Shown here piece after piece: positions 14,323 to 25,348 of a DNA stretch of 64,000 nucleotides; position 1 is the first letter of the stretch, and each line of letters opens with the position of its first letter. This DNA comes from the human T2T-CHM13v2.0 reference genome, Homo sapiens. The notes under the pieces were generated by a model, which saw nothing but the letters and a program-made list of their open reading frames with translations, was not told where the DNA came from and searched no databases. Location of the stretch: the NCBI RefSeq assembly GCF_009914755.1, contig NC_060935.1. One strand, 5' to 3'. A program made the position numbers and the translations under genes.

Positions 14323-14830
14323 TTTTGCAGTGGATATTACTCTGCCTCATAATGAAGCCAACAGTCATATCTTCCGACGTGGAGATTTGAGAAGCATTTG
14401 TATTGGATGTGACCGTCAAAATGCGCCCCATATCACTGCAACACCTACAAGTTTTCTTGCATGGGGTGCTCAGACTTTCACCTCTGGCAAATATTACTGG
14501 GAGGTCCATGTGGGGGACTCTTGGAATTGGGCCTTTGGTGTCTGTAATAAGTATTGGAAAGGGACGAATCAGAATGGCAATATACATGGAGAGGAGGGAC
14601 TCTTTAGTCTTGGGTGTGTTAAGAATGACATTCAGTGCAGCCTCTTTACCACCTCCCCACTTACACTGCAGTATGTCCCAAGACCTACCAACCATGTAGG
14701 ATTATTCCTGGATTGTGAAGCTAGAACTGTGAGCTTCGTTGATGTTAATCAAAGCTCCCCTATACACACCATCCCTAATTGCTCCTTCTCACCTCCTCTC
14801 AGGCCTATCTTTTGCTGTGTTCACCTCTGA
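8714..14830 (+). CDS. TRIM49D1: Tripartite motif protein 49D (TRIM49D1/D2 not distinguishable here), 452 aa RING-B-box2-coiled coil-SPRY E3 ligase
   Basis: Six GT-AG coding exons: 8714-9124 (411), 9410-9505 (96), 11274-11504 (231), 12219-12241 (23), 13116-13213 (98), 14331-14830 (500) = 1359 nt, in frame. [23 protein letters not shown]3HC4 RING, B-box CGTH...EHRYH, SPRY GKYYWEV...VGLFLDCE...PLRPIF. Confidence 0.93.
10568..10641 (+). repeat. (TG)n/(TA)n microsatellite
   Basis: Long GT run in a TRIM49D intron. Confidence 0.95.
14285..14326 (+). repeat. (TTTA)n STR immediately before the SPRY-exon acceptor
   Basis: About 10 TTTA units ending 4 nt before the exon start at 14331. Confidence 0.9.
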
Positions 14831-14958
14831 CCAGAGACAAATCAGATATGTGTTCATCTGCTGTGGGAACCCCTTTATCCCAGAAAGCCCTCTTCCTTGT
14901 GCCTTATCAAACAGGACAAATACGTTCTGTTTTATGTCTTGAATTGCATTCTAATGTT

Positions 14959-14989
14959 ATTAAAACTCATTTATTGTGTTACTATTAAA
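14959..14989 (+). terminator. Probable TRIM49D polyadenylation signals
   Basis: ATTAAA at 14959 and 14984, about 130-155 nt after the TGA. Confidence 0.55.
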
Positions 14990-16959
14990 TGTGGTAAAAA
15001 CACTAAAAGTATGTGTACTGGTTATTAATTAATTTTTGAAAAATCATTATTCATGATCATGGCATGAAATATATTCTCTGTTTTTTTTTCTTTATTTCTG
15101 ACTGCCACTGAGTGAAATAATAGTTGACAGACATGTCTGAATGGAGTTAAAATCAGTGGAAGAGAGTCGGGATCTTTTGCTTCATGCAAAAACTTGGAGT
15201 GAAGCGTTAATGATAACTGGGAAATGCTGTTTTTCTTTCTCTTTATCTAACTGTGTTGCACTTATCCATCATGTTTCATTGTACTAATCTATCCTTTGAG
15301 TTAATATCATTTGACCTTCCATGCTGGGCTTCATTTTGGAATTCTCACCACATATATAAATAATCCCGCATTATTAGTGTGCTCTTCTACATTGAAATAC
15401 ACAAGGTGGTCAGAACAATGCTGGATTAATTGAATTTTTTTTAAAAAAGTAACTAAATATTGACTCCTACCTCAAAACACACACAGTCATTTCCAAATAG
15501 ATTCAAGTCCTGAAGATTCAAGTCCTGATACAATATTCTCATAAGGATTTCTTAACCAGGACAAAAATTAACAATTAAAAAAAATTAGTTGGTTTATATT
15601 CATGAGGACTTCTGTGTTTCAAAAAACATGATACAAGAATTGAAATGCAAACAATTAGTGGAGAAAGATATTCACCCGAACATATATAAAATAAAATACA
15701 ATACATGTGCATGATGAATACTTAAAATGTATTCTAAGTATTTTTCCAGATTCTTCCAGAGTGGCCTAGAATAAACTCGGATGGCAGAGTCAATGATGAG
15801 ATTAGCTGTGGAAATGGGAAACCGTTTTTTGGAGGACAGTAGTAATGCTGTGAACTTATGAAAACAACCAAGTATTCAGTAGCAACTAAAATGTGTCTCC
15901 ATAACGTTATTTTACAGGTGCGTATCTGAAATCTGAAATTTGGGAGAACATTCTACTAGTGTTCTCTAGTGAGAAAATACAGCTGGAAGGAAGAAGGGAG
16001 GGAAGATGAAGGAGAGAGAAACAGAATGCATTTGAGAGAAAATGCTATGTAGACTAAAATAGAATACTGCAGATACCACGACAAAGTGGTTAAATTGTGT
16101 CTTATGGAGCAGAAGTGGCAGAAAATACCACAGTGAAGAGATTTACTATTGGATTGTTAGTTCTGGCTTTTATCCTGTCAATGTTGTGGCTTCTAAACAC
16201 CTCAGTGCTCTCCTTTGATCCATGTGCTAATTAACAACCAGCACTCTGCCCCCTCTCCCAGATTCTTTCATCATTTTAAACCTAATCTAATTCTAATCCA
16301 GCTGGTCACTGTAACAAATGTAATCATCTAAGAATTTAAAAAATATTTTTGATGAACTAGTGAATATACCTCATTCTCAACAAAAATACTGTTTGAGAGG
16401 AAAAGTCGATGGTATTTGCAACCATTTAAGTGCATCCACACATGGAGACATATACATATATATGTATATATTTATGTATCTGAGTTAATTGCATTAATTA
16501 GAGTGGCTACCTGGTTTAGGATTACACTGGGCTTTGCTGATGAAAGAATTTGGAATCTTGTTTGGTTACCCTGTAATACCTATATGAATAAATTAACCCT
16601 GTAATTTTACTACTGCCGAAGCTCCCTTAGATGTAATCAAGGATGATTGTATAGGGATGTATATTGTTGCACTCTTTCCAATCATGAAAGAGAGAAAAAT
16701 AAATATACAGTAACGTGGAAATTGTTTAGAAAATTAGAATGCATTTTACTAAACCCTGTAAGAACCAACACCACCTATATGTGTTAATATATTGATACTA
16801 ACAGATTTTCTTTTATCTCTTACGTGACTATAATTCCTACTTTTCCACTAGTATTTTTATTATGGACAGACACAGTATTTTATTATGGATGGATATAGAA
16901 ACAAAAATAATTCCCTCTACAGAGGGTATAAAAATTATATATAATCATATATATTATAT

Positions 16960-17610
16960 GTATTTTGTATTATAGGTAAATATTTATATATACTATATAT
17001 AAAATACATTACAAATATTTATATATTTATATTATATATAAAACACATAATATACAAATATTTATATATTTATATTATATATAAAACACATAATATACAA
17101 ATATTTATATATTTATATTATATATAAAATACATAATATACAAATATTTATATATTTATATTTTATATAAAATATAAATATACAAATATTTATATATTTA
17201 TATTTTATATAAAATATAAATATACAAATATTTATATATTTATATTTTATATAAATATATAATATACAAATATTTGTATATTTATATTTTATATAAATAT
17301 ATAATATACAAATATTTGTATATTTATATTTTATATAAATATATAATATACAAATATTTGTATATTTATATTTTATATAAATATATAATATACAAATATT
17401 TATATATTTATATTTTACATAAAATATATAATATACAAATATTTATATATTTATATTTTACATAAAATATAAATATACAAATATTTATATTTCATATAAA
17501 ATATATATATACAAATATTTATATTTCATATAAAATATAAATATACAAATATTTATATATTTATATTTTATATAATATGTATTATATATAAAAAATTATA
17601 TATATAATAT
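16960..17610. repeat. AT-rich minisatellite, 42-43-bp unit
   Basis: TATACAAATATTTATATATTTATATTTTATATAAAATATAAA recurs at 17051, 17094, 17179, 17221, 17263 and onward. Confidence 0.92.
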
Positions 17611-18139
17611 AGGGACTCGATTAGTTTCTGCTAGTGTGAAGACAAGTCATATCATGTCTAGGGGCCATGATGATAGGAGCAGTCAGAGGATTTCTTGCAT
17701 TGTGATGAGTGAATATAAGTTAAACGAGCCACTTATCTGTAGAATTGATAGCAGGACAATGGCTAGGGTTACTTCATATGAAGTTGTTTGGGCTACAGTT
17801 TGTAATGTGCCAATTAGTACATAATTTGAATTTAATTGCTCTTCCTGATCATAGAATAGAGTAGACGGCTAGGCTTGATAAGGTTAGTAAAAATAGGAGG
17901 CCTATTTTAAAATTAATTAGAGGGTCTGGTATAGGGATGGGGGTTCACAATAGAAGAGCGAAAGAAAGGGCCAGGGTTGGAGCGATAATATAAAGGTTAA
18001 TAGTAGATGTTGAGGGCCATAGGGGTTCTTTGCTGAAAAGTGTTATTGTGTCAGCGAATGATTGAAGCAGTCCCTAAAGGCTTACAATGTTAGGCCCTTT
18101 GCGTAGTTGTATGTAGCCTGAGTTTTTGTTAAATGAGTG
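17611..18139 (-). pseudogene. NUMT: diverged mitochondrial ND1 fragment
   Basis: Reverse complement reads GGCTACATACAACTACGCAAAGGGCCTAAC (GYMQLRKGPN), AGCCTAGCCGTCTACTCTATTCTATGATCAGG ([11 protein letters not shown]), GCCCAAACAACTTCATATGAAGTAACCCTAGCC (AQTxSYEVTLA) and ACACTAGCAGAAACTAATCGA (TLAETNR) in mitochondrial code, with disablements. Confidence 0.93.
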
Positions 18140-18400
18140 ATTTAAAATCAATACTGATAATAATGATAATTATTATTAAATAGTTATATTAATGATAACA
18201 ATAAAATTATTAATATTAATTATTAATATGACTGATATTAACAATTGATACTGATCTTATTAATTAGAAAATAATATTAGGTACCAATAATTAATATTAA
18301 TGTTAATAATATGAAAACTTTTTGTTAGCAATTATTTCTCAATATTGATACTGGTAATTAATGTTAATGTTAATAATAAATAAGTAATAATTAATAATAA
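18140..18400. repeat. AT-rich low-complexity (TAA/TAT) tract
   Basis: Degenerate TAATAA/TATTAA repeats grading into the satellite. Confidence 0.85.
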
Positions 18401-21155
18401 TATTACTCCTAATACCGCAGTGCGTGTACACCCACCTATGATATTGTTCCTAATGTCCAGGGAGGGAGAGAGCATGGTATTACTTTCAATATTGCAGTAG
18501 GTGTACACCCACCCGGTGATATTGATCCGAATATCCAGGGGGTGGAGTATGACGTTACTCCCAATATAGCAGTGGGTGTACATCCACCCAGTGATATTGC
18601 TCCTAATATTCACGGACGAAGAGAATGATATTACTCCCAGTATCGCAGGGAGTGTACACCCGTTCTGTGATATTGTTCCTAATATCCGGAGGGGGAGAGG
18701 GAGATATTACTCCCAATGTTGCAGGCTATGCACACCCACCCTGTGATATTGTTGCTAATAATATCCAGGAAGTGAGAGGATGATATGATTCCCCATACAG
18801 CAGCAGCTGAACACCCACTCTGGGATATTATTCCTAATATCCATGGAGGGTAGAGGCTGATATTACTCCCAATATCGCAGGGGGTGTACATCCATTCTGT
18901 GATACTGTTTTTTTATATTCAAAGGCGGAGAAGTTGATATTACTCCCAATATCACAGAAAGTGCACAAACCCGTGTGATATTCTTCCTATTTCCAGAAGA
19001 AGAGAAGATGATATTACTCCCCATATCGCAGGAGGTGTACACCCACTCTGTGATATTTTTCCTAATATGCAGGGCGTGAGAGGATAATATTATTGTTAAT
19101 AGCGCAGGATGTGTACAGCCCCCCTGTGATATTGTCCTTAATATTCCAAGGCGAAGAGGATATTACTGCCAATATTGCAGAAAGTGTACACCACCCTAGT
19201 GATATTGTTCCCATGATCCAGGAGAGAAGAGGATGATATTACTTTCAGTATCACATGGGGTGGGCACGCCCCCAGTGATACTGTTTTGAATTTCAACGTG
19301 GGAGAGGATGGTATTACTCCCAATATCACAGGGGGTATAAACACTTCTTTGATATTGTTCCTAATATTCAGGGGTGGAGAGGATGTTATCACTCCCTATA
19401 GTGCAGAGGGTGTACACCAATCTGTGATATTGTTCATAATTTCTAGAGGGGGCATGATATTACTCACAATATCGTAAACACGCTGTGTGTCCACCGTGGG
19501 TCATGATATCCAGGTATGGAGAGGAGGGTGATATTACTCCCCATATCGCAGGGTGTGTCCACCCCGCCTGTCACACTGTTTCTTATATGCAAGGGGGAGA
19601 GGATGATATTACTACCAATGTCAAAGACGTGTACAGCCCCCCTTGTGATATTGTTCCTAATATCCACGTTGGGAGAGGATGATATTACTCCCAATATCAC
19701 AGAGGGTGTACACCCCGCCTGTCATATTATTCCTACTATCCAGAATAAGAGAGAATGATATTACTCGCAATAGTGCCGGGGTGTACACCCCCCTTGTGAT
19801 ATTGTTCCTAATATCCAGGGAGGGAGAGCATGATATTAATAACTCCCAATATCGCTATGGGTGTACACCCACCCTGTGATATTGCTTCTAATATCCAGGG
19901 GGTAGAGTATGACATTACTCCCAATGTAACAGTGGGTGTACATCCACCCAGGGATATTGCTCCTAATATTCATGGAAGGAGAAAATGATATTACTCCCAA
20001 TATCACAGGGAGTGTACGCCCCTTCTGTGATATTGTTCTTAATACCCGGAGGGCGAGAGGATGATATTACAGCAATATCGCAGGCTGTGTACACCCACCC
20101 TGTGATATTGTCCCTAATATCCAGGAAAAGAGAGGATACGACTCCCCATATAGCAGGAGGTGTAAACCCACCCTGAGATATTGTTCCTAATATCCATGGA
20201 GGGAAAGAGCCCGATATTACTCCCAAAATCTCAGGGGCTGTACATCCCCCCTGTGATATTTCTCTTAACATTCAAAGGCGGAGAGGATGATATTACTCTC
20301 AATCTCGAAGAAAGTGTACACTCCCGAGTGATATTGTTCCTAATATCCAGAAGGGGAGAAGATGATATTACTACTCATATCGCAGAAGGTGTACACCCAC
20401 TCTGTGTTATTTTTCCTAATATGCAGTTTGGGGAGAGGATAACATTGCCAATATCGCAGAGAGTGTACACCCGCCCTGTGACATTGCCCTTAATATTCAA
20501 AGGCGGAGAGGATGACATTACTCCCAATATTGCAGAAAGCGTACGCTTCCCATTGATATTGGTCCCACGATCCAGGAGAAAAGAGGATGATATTACTTTC
20601 AATATCACAGGGTGTGTACACGCCCCCAGTGATATTGTTCCTAATTTCAACGTGGGAGAGGATGATACTACACCCAATGCCGCTGGGGGTAGAAACACTC
20701 CCAAGAAAAACATTGGGAGTAATGTCATACTCTACCCCCTGGATATTAGGAGCAATATCACAGGGTTGGTGTACACCCATAGCGATATTGGGAGTTATTA
20801 ATATCATGATCTCCCTCCCTGGATATTAGGAACAATATCACAAGGGGGGTGTAGGCCCCGGCACTATTGCGAGTAATATCATTCTCTCTTATTCTGGATA
20901 GTAGGAATAATATGACAGGCGGGGTGTACACCCTCTGTGATATTGGGAGTAATATCATCCTCTCCTGATATTGTTGTTAATATCCAGGGTCAAGGGGATG
21001 CCATTACTGCAAATAGTGCAGAGGATGTACACCCTTCTATGACAGTTGGTAATCTCCAGAGGCGGAGAAGATATTACTCACAATAACGTAAACACGCTGT
21101 GTGTCCACCGTGGATCGTAATATCCTGGGGGTAGAGGAGGGGTGATATTACTCCA
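18400..21155 (+). repeat. SATR1-like satellite, ~75-76-bp monomer
   Basis: GATATTACTCCCAATATCGCAGGGGGTGTACACCCACCCTGTGATATTGTTCCTAATATCCAGGGGGGAGAGGAT; monomer starts at 19605, 19681, 19757. Family name is recalled. Confidence 0.88.
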
Positions 21156-21189
21156 CTACTAGGATTTTACCTCTACTGCCACCCTTCGT

Positions 21190-24100
21190 TAACACCCTGG
21201 GACATTATTTTCCATATTCTAGGAGGATGGCACTACCAATATCACAGGGGGTGTATACCCTGCTATATTATTCGTAATATTGTAGGGGAATGTTCATCCT
21301 GATGTCACAGGACTGTACGCACTGTGATATTATTCACAATACCCTAGTGGGACATTAATAATAATATCACAGTGTGTGTACTCTTTGTGGTATTATTCGT
21401 AATATCCTAAGGGGAGGTTACCTTTATTGTCACACGGGGTGTGTTCCCTTTGATATTATTTGTAATGTCCTAGAGGGATGTTACTCCTTGTGTCACAGGG
21501 TTTGTCCACCTTATCAAATTACTCGTATTATCCTTATAAGATGTTACTCCCTATATCACAGGGGGTGTACACTCTGTGATATTATCGTAATATTCTAGGG
21601 AAATGTTACTTTTAATGTTGCAGAGGGTGTACACCTTGTGAAATTATTCGTTATAGTTTTGTGGGATGTTACTCCTAATGTCACACGGGGTGTACACACA
21701 GTGTAATATTCTATGGAAATGTTACTCGTAAATCACAGGTCCTGTACACCCTTTAATATTCTTCGTAATATTCTAGGAAAACGTTACTCTGAATGTCACA
21801 GGGCATATACACCCTGTCATAAAATTCGTAATATCCTAGCGGGAGTTCACTACTAATTTCACAATGCATGTACGCCCTTTGATATTATTCGTAGTATCCG
21901 AAAGAGATATTACTACTGATGTCCCAATGCATGTACATTCTCTGATATTATTCGTTATATCCTCGGGGGATGTTACTTCTAATGTCACACGGGGGTGTAC
22001 TCCCTGTGTTATTTTTCATAATATCCTAGGGGAATTTTACTTTTAATGACACACGGGGTGTATACATTGTGATACTATTCATAGTATTCTAGAAAGATAT
22101 TACTCCTCAGGTCACAGGGGATGTACACCCTGTGATATTATTTGTACTATCCTAGGGGATGTTACTCCAAATGTCACAGAAGGTGTAAACGCTGTGATAT
22201 TACTGGAAATGTGTCAGGGAAATGTACTTATAATGTCAAAGGGCATGCACATCATGTGTGCACAGCCCCTGTGATGTTCTTTGTGATATTCTCGAGGGAT
22301 GTTAATCCTAATATTACATATGTTGTTAACTATGTGTGAACACCTTTGTGGTATTATTCCTAACATACTAGAAGGATGTAACTCCTAACATCACATGGGG
22401 TATACGCCATGTGTGTACACATTCTGTGATATTATTCATAATATCTTAGTGAGATGCTCGTAATTTTACAATTATTCACGTAATATTTTAGTGAGATGAT
22501 ACTCCTAAAGTCACAGGAGGTGTAAACCCTGCGATATTATTCAGAATATTCCAGGGGGATGTTACTCCTAATGTCACAGGTGTGTATACCCTGTGATATT
22601 ATTCACACTTTACTCATGCGATATTACTACTAATGTCACAATGTGTGTACAGCTTCTGATATTATTTGTAATATCCTGGGAGGATGTTACTCCTAACGTC
22701 ACAACGGTGTACACCCTGTGTTATTATTAGTAATATTCCTGGGGGATTTTAATTTCAAAATCACATGGGGCGTCAACCCTATGATCTCATTCATAATATC
22801 CAAGGAAGATGTTACTCCTAATGTCACACGTGGTGTACAAACAGTGATTTCATTTGTAAGGTTTTTTGGATATGTTACTCCTAATATCACAGGGGCCATA
22901 CACCCTGTCATATTATTCGTAATATCCTAAAGAAATGTTACTACTAATGTCACAGGCAGTGTATACCGTATGGTATTATTCCCAATATTGTAGGGTGATG
23001 TTACTCCTAATGTCACAGAAGGTGTTCACACTCTGATAATATTCGTAATATCCTAAAGGGATGTTACTACTGATGTCACAATGCATGTACACAATCTGAT
23101 ATTATTTCTTATATCTTCGGGCGGTGTTACTTCTTATGTCACAGGGGGTGTACTCCCTGTGATATTATTCATAATATCCTAGGTGGATGTTACTTCTAAT
23201 GTCACAGGGGGTGTATCTTTTGCGATATTATTCGTAATATTTTAGAAAGATGTTACTCCTAATGTCACAGACGGTGTACACCCTGTGAAGTTATTCCTAA
23301 TAGTTTTGGGTGCTGTTACTCCTAATGTCACCCGTGGTGTACACGCAGTGATATTATTCGTAATATTTTATGGAAATGTTACTCCTAATATCACAGGGGC
23401 TGTACATCTTGTAATATTATTCATAATATCCTAAAGAAATGATACCTCTAATGTCACAGGGAATGTACACCATGTGATATTGTTCCCAATATTGTAGGGG
23501 GATGTTACTCCTAATATCACAGGGGGTGTTCACAGTGTGATAATTTTCATAATATCCTAAATGGATGTTACTGCTAATGTCACAACACATGTACATCCTC
23601 TGCATTTGTTCGTTATATCCTTGGGGGAGGTTACTCCTATTGTCACACGGGGTATACTTCCTGTGATATTATTCATAATATCCTAGGTGGATGTTACTCC
23701 TAATGTCACAGGGGCTGTATATTTTGTGATATTATTTGCATTATCCAAGAAAGATGTTGCTCCTCAGGTCACAGGGGATGTACACCCTATGATATTATTC
23801 GTACTATCCAGGGGACATTACTCGAAATGTCACAGAAGGTGTACACTCTCTGATATTACTCGTAATGTGTCAGGGAAATGTACTCCTAATGTCACAGGGC
23901 ATGCACGTTATGTGTGCACACCCCCTGTGATGTTATTTGTAATATTTTCGAGGCATGTTAATCCTGATATTACATATGCCGTTATCCATGTGTGAACAAC
24001 TTTGTGGTATTATTCCTAACATACTAGAAGGATGTAACTCCTAACATCATATGGGGTATAAGCCATGTGTGTACACATTCTGTGATACTATTAATGATAT

Positions 24101-24230
24101 CTTAGGGAGATGCTACTCCTAATTTTACAAGGTATGTACATTATGTGTGTACACCCCCTCTGATATTATTTGTAATATTCTAGGGGAATGTTGCTGCTAA
24201 TGTCACGGGGGAAGACACCATGTGTCTTAC
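21190..24230 (+). repeat. SATR2-like satellite, ~63-bp monomer
   Basis: GATGTTACTCCTAATGTCACAGGGGGTGTACACCCTGTGATATTATTCGTAATATCCTAGGGG tandem array. Family name is recalled. Confidence 0.88.
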
Positions 24231-24395
24231 ATATATATTACATTTTTACACTACTTTCCAGGAGTCAATCAATTTTGTCAATCAATTCACTATTCTTGTT
24301 GCCCAAAAGGGTAGAGATAATCACAGATCACAGATCTGTCTAGCATTAGCTAAGGACGTTTTATTACAGAGACAGATGCATGTGTGTGCCTGCGC

Positions 24396-24426
<31 letters not shown>

Positions 24427-24867
24427 TCAATCATAAATCGAAGGTTTAAATGTTGTGTGGGTGGAAGATAATTCATTCTGACTCCTGGCTTCAGAGTCCC
24501 ATGTTTATTGGGAGAAAAGAGAGTCAAGCTGGGAAGAATAGTAGCCCTGTGCCCTCCAGAACTGCAGCATGCTTGGGAATTGTGAGGCTTCCTGCTTTCC
24601 AGGAGATTGTGGAACTAGGAGGATGTCACCAGTGACTAGCACAGTACCACCTTCCTTACATCTGCCTGTCATCCCTCCTCAGGGCATCCAAATGTGGCCC
24701 TCTCCTTAACTCCTTCTTCTGCTTCTCTTCTCACAACCCCGGGATCTGAGCACTCTCTTTATCTGTGCACAGTATCTACTTAGGGAAGCCCCAGCACCTG
24801 CTGCAGTCAGGGCTGCAACCCTGAGCTGGGTCTAGTAGAAATTTTGTGAACTAAAGATAGAACAAGA

Positions 24868-25348
24868 AATGTAAATTAGTGCACCCACTGTGGAAAACAG
24901 TCTGGAGATTTCTCAAAGAACTTAACACGGAGCTACCTTTTGATCCAATTATCTCATTACTGAGTACATACTCAAAAGAAAATACATCGTTCTAACAAAA
25001 AGACACATACTCTCCTATGTTCATGGCTGCACTATTCAAAATAGCAGACATAATCAACCCAGGAGTCCATCAATGGTAGACTGTATAAATAAAATATGGT
25101 ACATATACACCATGGAATACTATACGGCCATAAAAAGAATGAAATCATGTCCTTTACAACAATGTGGGTGGAGCTGGAGGCCTTAATCCTAAGCAAATTC
25201 ATGCAGGATAGAAAGCCAAATGCTGTATGTTCTCACTTACATGGGGAGCTAAATATTGAACACACATAGACATCAATATGGGAAAAATAGACTCTGTGGA
25301 CTACTTGAGGGTGGCGGGAGAGGGATGGCTTGAAAAAATACCGACTGG
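24868..25348 (+). mobile_element. L1 (L1MA/PB-type) 3' end, host of the CDON retrocopy
   Basis: CACTGTGGAAAACAG...GGAATACTATACGGCCATAAAAAGAATGAAATCATGTCC...GGAGCTGGAGGCC...TGTTCTCACTTA. Confidence 0.9.

Noticed and set aside
18332-23995. Many ORFs up to 206 aa with repeated ILLPISQGVYTP motifs
   Set aside because: Translations of satellite monomers.
18400-24230. CRISPR-like array of palindromic repeats
   Set aside because: Monomers are contiguous with no unique spacers, there are no cas genes, and the context is primate; it is a satellite.
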